A stretch of 64,000 nucleotides of DNA. Origin: Draconibacterium sp. (GTDB lineage: Bacteria > Bacteroidota > Bacteroidia > Bacteroidales > Prolixibacteraceae). Position 1 is the first letter of the stretch. Each line of letters starts with the position of its first letter. The notes under the pieces were generated by a model that worked only from the letters and a program-made list of their open reading frames with translations, was not told the origin of the DNA and made no database searches. Location: assembly GCA_041546215.1 (NCBI GenBank), contig JBFEWU010000001.1, positions 1,056 to 65,055 on the forward strand. Reading direction: 5' to 3'. Shown here piece after piece: positions 1 to 9,816 of this stretch. The position numbers were made by a program, and so were the translations under genes.

Positions 1-335
1 GCTTTCTGCAAGTCGAGAAAGGCTTCATCCATATCTTTGTTCCAGGCGTATTCAACGGTAATCTGAGCCGAACCAACCCTCGAAACTGAAGTCACCTGCA
101 CCACATCTGACTGACGAATGGCAAGTGCCTCAATGTTCTCCACAAATTGCTGCTCCATTTCTTCCGGTGGTCGCTCGCCCGACGTTACCTCCACAAAAAT
201 TCGTGGCGAATTTAAATCGGGGAAAAGATCAATCCCCAACTTATCGTACGAAATGTAGCCCAGGAGCAAAATTCCAAGCACCACCATAAGTACGGTAACC
301 GGGTAATTGACAGAAAATTGTGTTAATTTCTTCAT
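1..335 (-). CDS. RND efflux permease (AcrB/AcrD/AcrF family), N-terminal part, runs off window edge
   Basis: Manual translation from ATG at 335: MKKLTQFSVNYPVTVLMVVLGILLLGYISYDKLGIDLFPDLNSPRIFVEVTSGERPPEEMEQQFVENIE, a typical AcrB-family N-terminus; lies downstream of MFP and TolC genes. Confidence 0.92.
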   Translation of the reverse strand, partial: MKKLTQFSVNYPVTVLMVVLGILLLGYISYDKLGIDLFPDLNSPRIFVEVTSGERPPEEMEQQFVENIEALAIRQSDVVQVTSVSRVGSAQITVEYAWNKDMDEAFLDLQK

Positions 336-410
336 GTTAAAATAGTTGGAAGAAGGAAGCTCATAGCAGGAAGTACATCTAACTCCCAACTTCAGGCTTC
401 CAGCCTGTAT

Positions 411-1469
411 TTATAAAATCACTTTAACTTTTGAGCCGTCGCGTAAGGTTTCGAATCCTTTAATAATTAAGCGGTCATTGGATTTCAAACCATCCAGTAT
501 TTCAATTTCATCCTGGTTTGAAATACCTGTTGTTATGCGCCGGTCATCCGCAGCACTGTTACGTCCAACAACAAATACGTATTTTCCGCGCGAACCCGAC
601 ATAATAATGTCTTTGGGAATGACAACAACACTGTCTTTTTGCGAGATAATGATATTCGCTTTTACAAACATTCCCGGACGCAGTTTTAAATCCGGATTGT
701 CAATTTCAAGTTTGCCATGAAAAGTCCGGGTTTCGTCGCTGATGATTGGCGAAAGCTCACTCACCATGCCTTTAATTGTATCTTCAGTAAGTGTGTAGTT
801 CGTAATAATCACTTCTTGTCCAATTTTGAGATCCGAGATATTTTTTTCTGGAAGATTGATTTCAACATACATTTTTTTGTAACTCATCAGGCTCACCATG
901 GGTTGATTGCTTGCCACACGAACCCCTTCAGTGTAATAAGGCAAATCCACAATTACACCTGAAAATGGAGCAACAACCTGCATTTTTGCCCATTGAATTT
1001 CTGCACGTTCATAGTCGTTTTTTGCGGTAATCTTTGAAACCTCAGAATTGCGAAGTTCGCGCAAAGTAACCCCCCCTTTTTCGTAGAGCGATTTTTGTTT
1101 CTCATATTCATCATTGGAAATTTCCAGGTTGAGTTTTTTCGACTCCATTCCAAGGCCATTCACATATTCCTCATCTTCCAACCTGATGATAACCTGGCCC
1201 TTTACAACCTGGTCGCCCAGCTGAAATTTACGCCCGGTTTTTGGATTAATCTGAAGCCGGTAATCGCCTGCGATCTCCGAACTCAGATCGGTTTCAGAAC
1301 GCGCCTTTGCCGTTCCGGTAGTATTAATAAATTGCTGAATACTTTTTAATTTAATATTCTCTACCGAAACAGGTACTGCCAAATCGGCCGATTCGGATGC
1401 TGGCTGATTGTTACACGAAACCACTGCGGCAACAACAGCAAAAAAGATAAGTAATTTTATATTCTTCAT
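411..1469 (-). CDS. RND efflux periplasmic adaptor (membrane fusion protein), lipoprotein
   Basis: Lipobox VVSC; MFP motifs APFSG.I and LRPGMFV; between TolC and RND genes. Confidence 0.92.
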   Translation of the reverse strand: MKNIKLLIFFAVVAAVVSCNNQPASESADLAVPVSVENIKLKSIQQFINTTGTAKARSETDLSSEIAGDYRLQINPKTGRKFQLGDQVVKGQVIIRLEDEEYVNGLGMESKKLNLEISNDEYEKQKSLYEKGGVTLRELRNSEVSKITAKNDYERAEIQWAKMQVVAPFSGVIVDLPYYTEGVRVASNQPMVSLMSYKKMYVEINLPEKNISDLKIGQEVIITNYTLTEDTIKGMVSELSPIISDETRTFHGKLEIDNPDLKLRPGMFVKANIIISQKDSVVVIPKDIIMSGSRGKYVFVVGRNSAADDRRITTGISNQDEIEILDGLKSNDRLIIKGFETLRDGSKVKVIL

Positions 1470-1491
1470 GATTTAAGTTTTTCAGGATTTG

Positions 1492-2979
1492 TTATTCGTT
1501 CAGGTACAATTCAGCAGGAATAATTTCCTGACCGGTTTCGAAATCGTACAAGGACTGAATTTTAAGGTTTAACAATTCTATTTTATAGTTGATAAGTGCC
1601 TGACGATAGGCAATTTTTTTCTCTGAAAGCTGTGTTTGATACAAGTTTAAATCCATACCTGTAAGGTCTCCGTTTTCGTATCTTTCAAGGTTAATTTCAT
1701 ACGTTAACTGCGCATTGCGTTCGTTTTGTTTTGCAATATCAATCTGGTTCAGTTGGTTTTGCAAATTACGGTACACCTGGCGTATGTCCACAACAATCTG
1801 TTTTTTCTCTTCCGAAAGATTTAGCTCCTGTGACTGAATAGCTGCCTCGGCAGCTGCGATGCGTGCTTTCTTTTCTCCCCAATCGAAAATTGGGATATTG
1901 AAACTAAGTGAAACCGACGGACTCCGTGTTGGATTATCGAATATCATGTTCAACTCACGGTTATCACCGGTGATCCCCATTCTCAGGTTCATGTCGCCCC
2001 TGAATTCGTTTAAGGATTTGGTTTGAATCAAATTGAATTGGCTGGTTTCGATATCAATCTCGCGCTGACGCAGTTCCATGCGCGACTTCAATCCGTTATT
2101 AATCGCTTTATCCATGTCAACCGGAACGGGATTTGCACTGATATCAGCCAGGATCAGAATATCTTCAAATAAGTCCATTCCCAAATAAAGTTTCAGCTGG
2201 TCTTTGGCATTTTCGAAATTAACTTCACTGTTTTGCAAAGTCGATTTAGAGGTTGCAAGGTTCAGTTCGGCCTGGTACTGTTCTTCTTTGGCAGCAAGTC
2301 CGGCTTGTACCTTATTTACGATGATATCGTAACTTTTTTGTGTGTTCTCCAGTTCTTCTTTGGCAATTGTTAAATTCATTTGCGACATGTAAACATTGTA
2401 GAAAAACTGGGTAACATTTCTTTCCAGGTTCAATCGCTGAATGGCATAGCTGATGTTTGCATTTTCGAGGTTAAGCTCCAACTCTTTCAGTTGTAGCTTC
2501 TGCCGGTTATAGGTAAACAGCGGCTGATTTAAATTCAGGTAAAGGTTATTAAAGAACACCTCACTCTCGCTATCACCCACCGATGAATTACTGCTCGCCC
2601 ATCCAAATTCGTTGGCAAGCGAAATTGTACCGTCGGTGAGCAAAATGGGTTGTGTTACGCGAAAGGCAGTGCTTGTTTCAAAGTTTTCGTTGGTGTACCA
2701 TTGCGAAACACGGTTGTCGAACCTGCGTTGTTTACTGTAATTCGCCGGATTTAGCTCCAGGGAAAAACGAGATTTTAAAGCTGCTCTTTGTGCTTCAAGG
2801 TTTTTCGAAAATCGTTCCAGATTTAAGAGCGACTGCTGAAGATCGGGACTACCCGTTTCGGCAATGCTAAGTGCTTTGGCAAGAGTTAATGCTTCCTGCG
2901 CCTGAACGGCAAAACTTCCTATTCCCAGAAGAAAGATCAGAATAGTCAGCTTTTGCAAACGTTTGATTTTTGTTGTCAT
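1492..2979 (-). CDS. TolC-family outer membrane efflux protein
   Basis: Signal peptide, helical repeats, SLSFNIPIFDWG motif, operon context. Confidence 0.92.
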   Translation of the reverse strand: MTTKIKRLQKLTILIFLLGIGSFAVQAQEALTLAKALSIAETGSPDLQQSLLNLERFSKNLEAQRAALKSRFSLELNPANYSKQRRFDNRVSQWYTNENFETSTAFRVTQPILLTDGTISLANEFGWASSNSSVGDSESEVFFNNLYLNLNQPLFTYNRQKLQLKELELNLENANISYAIQRLNLERNVTQFFYNVYMSQMNLTIAKEELENTQKSYDIIVNKVQAGLAAKEEQYQAELNLATSKSTLQNSEVNFENAKDQLKLYLGMDLFEDILILADISANPVPVDMDKAINNGLKSRMELRQREIDIETSQFNLIQTKSLNEFRGDMNLRMGITGDNRELNMIFDNPTRSPSVSLSFNIPIFDWGEKKARIAAAEAAIQSQELNLSEEKKQIVVDIRQVYRNLQNQLNQIDIAKQNERNAQLTYEINLERYENGDLTGMDLNLYQTQLSEKKIAYRQALINYKIELLNLKIQSLYDFETGQEIIPAELYLNE

Positions 2980-2997
2980 TTTATGCTTATTTATTTC

Positions 2998-5900
2998 TTA
3001 GATTTCAACAATTTTTACTGCATCGGCAAAAACATAGCGCAATTCAGTTTTATTTGAAAGTTCAATTAGCGCGGTTTCCGAATCAAAGTAGAACGAACCC
3101 AGATGATTCCATCCATTCTCCGCATTATGAACCTCCAAAGCTGCTTCTTCTGGCCCTTCTTCGCCATGTATGGTAAAATGGTAATTCCCTTTCTCTTCTC
3201 CTCTGTCGCGTCTGAAACTACGCGGTTTATATAGGTGGTAATACACATCGTAATATCCCGGCTTTTTCAAAGGAACTTTCCAGCTGGCTTTCATATCGCC
3301 TTCGCCACTTTTTATATAATGTGCCGAACGTACATAATTGCCATAAAATTCATCGTTCGTGGTAGCTGTCCAATTCATGGGTGGTCGCCACCTGTTTATT
3401 CCCTCATATTTTCTTTTTTTCTCTTCTTCCTTCACGATCAGCTTTTCAAGCAAACTGGTATTTTCCGATACAGTAAACTCAAAACCTGGATCTTCGTTGT
3501 CAACGACGCTTTCGTTGGGCAATTCAACCTGAACAGCAGTGGCACTAATTCTTTCACCTTCCCAGGGTTTTATCTTCAGATCCTCATCTACTTCCCTGAA
3601 AAACTCCATCATTGTTTGCGGGATGTTTTTCGAGGTCAGGGTATTCAGTATCACCATACGAGGAGATCCATCAAGGAGGTAGCTCAATTCTTTGGTTTGG
3701 CCGGCTTCAAAATAGATTAAATTATCAATTACATCACTGCCTCCCATTCCTCCGCCACGACCACCGGGTCCTCCACCCAAACGGAAGGATAGTTTCACCA
3801 GGCCTTCTACTTCCGAGAAATTTGTAACTTTTACCGAGACCATGGTTTTCATTGCATCTCCCGATTTTACTTTTACAGCCTTCATGGGCGAAGTAAGATA
3901 ACCAGGCAAAGACTTAGCTTTAAACCAGTTGTCCATCATAGGCACCAGTTCTATTCCAAAGCGTTCGTTTATCTGTTTATCAAATTCTTCAAAAGAAATA
4001 TTCTTGTATTTATTCTCGGTCAATATTTTCTGTAAGAAATCTTCAAACTCATCCTGTCCTGCCTTCCACTGTATAAGTGAAAACAATACTTCACCCTTTA
4101 ATTTTATTACATTGGCCACAATATCTTTTTGATCAGGATCAGCCAGAATTTCTTCAAATGTCATATCCTGCAGTGCAATGTTTGCCATTACATCCGGACT
4201 TTCACCACTCATGTTGCTCATAAACATGGCTCGCATATCCATATTCTGATTTTTCAGATAAGCTTCGAAAACACGATTTGTAATTGGCCAGCGATCGGAC
4301 TGAATATTATTTTGAAAATTATACAACATGGGAAAAATAAAATATGGATTCCCTTTTTGCTCCACTTCCGATTGCCCTCCACGCATATTATTCCTATCCA
4401 CATCCGTTTCCGTTGTAAATTTCCGCATGAAGTCTTCTATCAACCACAACTCTTTATCCTGGTCTGTCATATCCGAACCGCCATCTCTTCTGCCCCATCT
4501 TCCTATTCGTTTCTTTTGGTTTTCAAAATCCGCTTCCCGCAGCATATATCCTTTTTCAGGGATGAAAACCTGCTCTGGTTGAACAGCTTCCTGAACAGAA
4601 GTCCACATGCGTTCGTAAGTCTTAAACTGTGCCGGTACCTCCACAATAGAAATACGGGGATAATTGTAATCAAGGTTATAGTTGCGTTTAAAATCTTCAA
4701 AACTCTGAGAAATCTTATGTATCAGCGTATCTTTTGATTCGGGAAACATCTCCGAAAAATAATCATGCCCTTCAAAATGCCAGACTCCGAATTCAAGACT
4801 ATCATCCTCTTCTTTAATTTGTTTATACGCCCCAATGGCCAGCGAAATTTTAGTCAATGGCGTTTCGTTTTCGAATCTGAATTCTCCCTCCGAAATCTCA
4901 TTTATTTGACCCTGCGAAATGGCCTGCAAACCTTTGGTTGTTTTTACCTGGAGCGTATAATTTACAAATTGCGCCTGATACCAACTTACATCTTTGGTAC
5001 TGTAAGTAACACCGGTTTTCGGATACCAGTTGGCTTCGCTGGTCAATAAAACGAAATTGGGTTGAACAAATGCATATCGCTTATCCACATTGATTACGAA
5101 CCGTCCATATTTCTCCTGCATTGCTTCTTCTTCTATATCCAGATAGCAGTAGGCCTCATCAATGGTTCCGGAATAGCTGAATTCGATCCTTGCCGAATCA
5201 CCGGGTTGGTAGTTTACCTTGTCTGAAACAATTATCAAATGTTTATCGCGTAAAAATGCGGTTTCCTTTCCATCAATTTTTATACCCCTGATTTCCAAAC
5301 CTGCATTTAAACTAAAGACCAGTTTATCAATGGCTTGTTTTTTGTCGTTAATAAGAGAAAGGGTTGAAACAACATCGATACTATTTCCCTTGTGTTCAAC
5401 TTTTAAATCGTTTGCGGTTACCGATGGAACCAACTCATCAACGTATTTATTATTCAACTCAACTATCTCACTACGTAATTTTTCTGTTTTTTTAAATCCA
5501 TGAATGTGATTAAAAGCCAAATAGCCAGCGCCTGATAAGAACACCAGACTAAAAATAACCGACAAATAGGTCATGGTTTCCGATTGCGGCAATCGTTTAA
5601 GTAAGAAAATAGTAAGGAAAATAAATCCTACTCCAAGTCCAAAATAAATACTCCGATGTGCCATTATAACTTCAAGGTTTCCGAACCCAACCACATTTGA
5701 GCTTAACATCGGAATATTAAATGCCATGTAATCGAAGATGTAATAATACTTGGCTTGGAGCAAAAACAGCGTAATGCCGATATAACCTAAAACCAATACA
5801 AAGGTGATGGCCTGATTTCGAATAACACTCATGAGTAAGAACGACAATCCCATTATAAATACAAGGGTCGGGATACTGATAAGCAGCAGGTAAACGCCAT

Positions 5901-6339
5901 ACGACACCCAATCGATTGCAGTTTGTTGAGCCAGTGCATTAAAAATCAGTGCCATAATAACCACGGCAATATTCAGAATCATAAAAACCTGCATATTCCC
6001 CAGCGTTTTACCAATCACATATTCGCCATTGGTCATCGAGCGCATGTAAATTACTTCGGTAGTATCAAGCTTTTTATCTCGTTTTAAGAAGTCGGATGCC
6101 AAAAACACGGCTATTACCGCCTGGGCCACATTTAAAATTAAAAGGTTAAAATAGGGGATGGCGCTCGGAATTGCACGAATTGCCCAGCTTTCATTTCCAC
6201 CACCTTCAATAACCATCCCGAAGTTCATTCCGAACAGCACGAATAACGACAGAACACTAAAAATGCGGAAAAACCAACTACGGAACAAGGTTTTGCGCTC
6301 GTACTTGGCAATTGAAAATATATTATGTAATGAAATCAT
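2998..6339 (-). CDS. ABC-2-type permease fused to an M1-aminopeptidase-like extracytoplasmic region and a C-terminal golvesin/xanthan-lyase-like beta domain
   Basis: About 6 N-terminal TM helices; 800+ aa soluble part; C-terminal W..LG.F...ADAVK signature; no HExxH motif. Confidence 0.7.
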   Translation of the reverse strand: MISLHNIFSIAKYERKTLFRSWFFRIFSVLSLFVLFGMNFGMVIEGGGNESWAIRAIPSAIPYFNLLILNVAQAVIAVFLASDFLKRDKKLDTTEVIYMRSMTNGEYVIGKTLGNMQVFMILNIAVVIMALIFNALAQQTAIDWVSYGVYLLLISIPTLVFIMGLSFLLMSVIRNQAITFVLVLGYIGITLFLLQAKYYYIFDYMAFNIPMLSSNVVGFGNLEVIMAHRSIYFGLGVGFIFLTIFLLKRLPQSETMTYLSVIFSLVFLSGAGYLAFNHIHGFKKTEKLRSEIVELNNKYVDELVPSVTANDLKVEHKGNSIDVVSTLSLINDKKQAIDKLVFSLNAGLEIRGIKIDGKETAFLRDKHLIIVSDKVNYQPGDSARIEFSYSGTIDEAYCYLDIEEEAMQEKYGRFVINVDKRYAFVQPNFVLLTSEANWYPKTGVTYSTKDVSWYQAQFVNYTLQVKTTKGLQAISQGQINEISEGEFRFENETPLTKISLAIGAYKQIKEEDDSLEFGVWHFEGHDYFSEMFPESKDTLIHKISQSFEDFKRNYNLDYNYPRISIVEVPAQFKTYERMWTSVQEAVQPEQVFIPEKGYMLREADFENQKKRIGRWGRRDGGSDMTDQDKELWLIEDFMRKFTTETDVDRNNMRGGQSEVEQKGNPYFIFPMLYNFQNNIQSDRWPITNRVFEAYLKNQNMDMRAMFMSNMSGESPDVMANIALQDMTFEEILADPDQKDIVANVIKLKGEVLFSLIQWKAGQDEFEDFLQKILTENKYKNISFEEFDKQINERFGIELVPMMDNWFKAKSLPGYLTSPMKAVKVKSGDAMKTMVSVKVTNFSEVEGLVKLSFRLGGGPGGRGGGMGGSDVIDNLIYFEAGQTKELSYLLDGSPRMVILNTLTSKNIPQTMMEFFREVDEDLKIKPWEGERISATAVQVELPNESVVDNEDPGFEFTVSENTSLLEKLIVKEEEKKRKYEGINRWRPPMNWTATTNDEFYGNYVRSAHYIKSGEGDMKASWKVPLKKPGYYDVYYHLYKPRSFRRDRGEEKGNYHFTIHGEEGPEEAALEVHNAENGWNHLGSFYFDSETALIELSNKTELRYVFADAVKIVEI

Positions 6340-6349
6340 TTTTAATACT

Positions 6350-7243
6350 TTAAGCGTTCGACCACTGGTTTAATTTGTTTTCCATAAAATGCACATATGC
6401 ATGCTCGAGGTTAGGCGCAATTTGTTTTCCCTGGTACCCGTTAATTTCCTCGGCAACCACCTGCACCTCCCAGCCACCATCAATGGGAATAGTAGATATT
6501 ACAGGGTACTTCTCGTTAATTTGCAGGTATTCCGCTTCGGTAGCTTCAATCAGCCAAACATTTCCTTCGGCTTCTTTAACAAGTTGCTCGGGCGAACCTG
6601 CAAAGGCCAGCTTCCCGTTATTCAGTAAAGCCATGTTATCGCAAGTACTCGAGATATCGCCAACAATGTGTGTCGAAAGAATAATAATTACATCGCGGGT
6701 ACTAATTGTTGAAAGCAGGTTACGAAACCGGATGCGTTCTTCAGGATCGAGCCCGGTGGTCGGTTCATCGACAATTATTATTTGCGGATCGTTTATTAAT
6801 GCCTGTGCGATTCCCAGACGGCGTTTCATTCCCCCTGAAAGTTTATTGGCATTTCGGTCGCGAGCTTCAAACAATCCCACTTCTTCCAGCATTTGGTCGA
6901 CCGCCGTTTTTCGTGCTGTCCCATTTTTCATACCTGCCAGACGTGCCGTATAATCAAGGAATTCATAGGTTTTTAATTTCGAGAAGAAACTAAAGTCTTG
7001 TGGAAGATAACCTAACATTGATCGAATTTGCCTGCGGTTGTTCGACAGTTCGTAATCGTTGTAATATACCTTGCCGCTTGTGGGTTTCATAAGCGTAACA
7101 AGAATTCGCATAAGGGTCGATTTCCCAGCCCCATTCGGCCCCAAAAGGCCAAACATTCCATTTGGAATTTCAAGGTTCAGGTTATTAACAGCATAGCTGC
7201 CTCCCTTGTAAACTTTATTCAGATTTTCAATTTTTATATGCAC
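6350..7243 (-). CDS. ABC transporter ATP-binding protein
   Basis: Walker A GPNGAGKS, signature LSGGM, Walker B IIVDEP; probable GTG start at 7243 (ORF track extends to 7276). Confidence 0.95.
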   Translation of the reverse strand: MHIKIENLNKVYKGGSYAVNNLNLEIPNGMFGLLGPNGAGKSTLMRILVTLMKPTSGKVYYNDYELSNNRRQIRSMLGYLPQDFSFFSKLKTYEFLDYTARLAGMKNGTARKTAVDQMLEEVGLFEARDRNANKLSGGMKRRLGIAQALINDPQIIIVDEPTTGLDPEERIRFRNLLSTISTRDVIIILSTHIVGDISSTCDNMALLNNGKLAFAGSPEQLVKEAEGNVWLIEATEAEYLQINEKYPVISTIPIDGGWEVQVVAEEINGYQGKQIAPNLEHAYVHFMENKLNQWSNA

Positions 7244-7516
7244 AGCACAAATTTCTATATTATTAAAGACAACCAATTGGACTTAGGAAGTACCCGATCG
7301 TTTAATCTAGTTTGTCATATTTATCCGTTAAAATTACAATCCAGGCTTCAATCACTTCTTCTCAACTCATAGAATTAAGATGAACAGGTTCAGTTCTTCG
7401 ACCAATCCACCCTTTTATCTGTTTAACGAATTGTTATATTCTCAGCAAATTTGATAAAGTCGATCATTGGACCATTACAACATTGTTTGAGTGGCAAAAA
7501 CTTACAAAAAGGACAC

Positions 7517-7546
7517 AAAAAAAGCTCCTGAAAACCGGAGCTTTTA
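7517..7546 (-). terminator. Intrinsic terminator
   Basis: Stem aaaagctcc/ggagctttt with an A-run giving a U-tract on the minus strand. Confidence 0.7.
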
Positions 7547-7689
7547 AAAAAAATCAGCTATTCCTATTTACCTGACAAACAAAACAGATACCTCGACCAA
7601 ATACTTTTGAATTGTAAAATCAGATGAGATTTCCGGTCCGCCACTTGTTGAAAAAGAGCGGGCACAAAGTTTTAGACTCCCGAAATCAT

Positions 7690-7712
7690 AAAAAAACCCC
7701 GGAACACCGGGG
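7690..7712 (-). terminator. Intrinsic terminator of 7734..8318
   Basis: Stem ccccgg/ccgggg, 4-nt loop, U-tract on minus strand, about 20 nt past the stop. Confidence 0.8.
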
Positions 7713-7733
7713 CTTCAATACGAAAACCAAAAA

Positions 7734-8318
7734 CTAGAGTTGTGCAATGTACCTGTGTTCTTTAAACCTATCGGTAAGCACAATTTCGTATTCTCCTTTT
7801 CTCAGTTGGCTAAGATCCATGTACCTCTGAACAGTAAGTTCTTTCCCCAGATTAACAGCGCTAATGTGCTTTCCTCTGTGGTAAATATTTACATAAACAG
7901 GTTCGCATGGACAGTTGAAAAACGAGACGCTCAGCATTTTATCTTTCATACGGAAACAAGGTTCATAACAACGTAAAGCAGTTCCAACCTTAATTCCTTC
8001 TTTGCCAACCTCGACACTTCTGTTGATACTTCGGTTTCCAAAATTTATACATACACCGTATTTCCCTTTTCCCATTTCTGAGAAGTCAAATACTTCTTCA
8101 TAATTGTCGAATCGTTCTTTTGTTTTCTTAAAATATACAATATCACCCTTCCAATTGCTTAGGGTAATTTCGAGAGGAGTTGCCGAAGTTGAGGTAAAGA
8201 CTACCAAAGCCTTATCTTTTTCTACGGGTACGACATTCATTCGTGGAAAATCGGAGGCAGTCCCTATTGCTGCAACAAGGAATGCCAATACTGTTAATAT
8301 CCAGTTTTTTGTTTTCAT
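7734..8318 (-). CDS. Secreted hypothetical protein with two tandem DUF3244/T9SS-CTD-like beta domains
   Basis: Sec signal; two similar motifs FDFSEMGKGKYGV and MDLSQLRKGEYEI. Confidence 0.6.
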   Translation of the reverse strand: MKTKNWILTVLAFLVAAIGTASDFPRMNVVPVEKDKALVVFTSTSATPLEITLSNWKGDIVYFKKTKERFDNYEEVFDFSEMGKGKYGVCINFGNRSINRSVEVGKEGIKVGTALRCYEPCFRMKDKMLSVSFFNCPCEPVYVNIYHRGKHISAVNLGKELTVQRYMDLSQLRKGEYEIVLTDRFKEHRYIAQL

Positions 8319-8659
8319 GATGTGTTGTTTAAATTATTTTCAAAATGGCTGATTAAAATTACGCCACAACAAATTCATTATCAACGTTAAATAGACAAAC
8401 AACACAAATTCAAAGTCACACAACCTGAAACTGCCGTTTTTGCCATTCACTGATTATTTCCTGCATTTGACTGACTTTACTCAACGAGTAAAAGGGAAAT
8501 AAAAAGGATTGCCGAAAGCCTCATTCAGGTAAAAATGAAAGGAATAGGGCTACGAATCCCGTTAACTAAATAGATAAACAAAATTATTCTTTACAATAAA
8601 TGAACTAACTTGTTGAGGAATTGTAAGGCGGTTATGAAATTCTGTTAGAACCATTTGCC

Positions 8660-9772
8660 ATGTCACACAAAAATAAGACTTGTTCATGGTTTTTGATCGT
8701 TGCATTTGTACTTCCAATGGGTTATCCCTGTCTTGTACTCTCGCAAGAAAGCATAGATATCTCCTATACTTCAGGATCGATACTGGTACACACCGATAAA
8801 ATTGAACCCATTTCGCACAAGGCTGTAAATGGCTTTTCAATTGGCTACACCTTTAAAAACACGAGAGGCCAGCACTGGCGCAAATATTACCACTTCTCCA
8901 ATTATGGTTTAAACTATACCTTTAAATCATTTAATAATCCTGACGTTTTAGGGAACGCACACGCACTTACATCTTTTTTAAAACTTTCCTTTTTAAAACA
9001 ACCTAAAATTTTTGATATCGGATTTAGAGGATTTGCAGGATTTGCCTACCTCACAAAAACATACAACGAGTTTTCAAATCCCCTGAACCAGGCCATTAGC
9101 ACGCATTTTAACATTACAAGTGCCGTACAACTTTATACGAAATTTTGCCTTCACCCATTGTTCCTGGAATATTCCTACGGATTGAACCACTTCTCAAACG
9201 GTCTGATTAAAAGCCCTAACCTGGGAATAAACTCATTGAACAATCAATTTGCAGTTGGCTGGGAATTTGAACAGCCGGCTACAAGCTCCAAAACTCAAAA
9301 GAATGAAGGGCATCCCCTTCTAAGAAATGAATTTTGGTTCTATGGCTCATTGGGAACGAAAAGAATAAAAGATTACGATCAGAACTTTCTTTTTTATGCT
9401 GCTTCACTGAACCATTCAACACAAATAAATTCAATAATTAAACTGGGCTTTGGGATTGACTTCATACACGACAAATCACTAACCCAACATGCTATTCTTA
9501 AATACAATTACACTGGAGAAAAGAATCTGGATTTTCGTTTTGGACCAAATATTCAAGGCGAATTTTTATTCGGAAATCTAGGTTTTAACCTTGCATATGG
9601 ATTCTTTTTTGGAGATGTAACAAATTACGTGTCGCGAATTTATTACAAAGTCGGGGTAAAGTATTACGCCGGAAAAGTTATTGCAATTGCAAATATCAGG
9701 GCTGTCCCCTTATTTAAAGCGCAAGTTTTGGAAGTTGGTATAGCTTGCCGATTTCACACGTTTAATAATTGA
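8660..9772 (+). CDS. Outer-membrane beta-barrel, acyloxyacyl hydrolase / PagL-like family
   Basis: Signal peptide, alternating aromatic strands, HFSNG..K.PNLGIN motif typical of this family. Confidence 0.65.
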   Translation: MSHKNKTCSWFLIVAFVLPMGYPCLVLSQESIDISYTSGSILVHTDKIEPISHKAVNGFSIGYTFKNTRGQHWRKYYHFSNYGLNYTFKSFNNPDVLGNAHALTSFLKLSFLKQPKIFDIGFRGFAGFAYLTKTYNEFSNPLNQAISTHFNITSAVQLYTKFCLHPLFLEYSYGLNHFSNGLIKSPNLGINSLNNQFAVGWEFEQPATSSKTQKNEGHPLLRNEFWFYGSLGTKRIKDYDQNFLFYAASLNHSTQINSIIKLGFGIDFIHDKSLTQHAILKYNYTGEKNLDFRFGPNIQGEFLFGNLGFNLAYGFFFGDVTNYVSRIYYKVGVKYYAGKVIAIANIRAVPLFKAQVLEVGIACRFHTFNN

Positions 9773-9816
9773 AAAAAAAGAGAATTCTCTTATCTTGGGC
9801 AACCAATTTTAATCAA

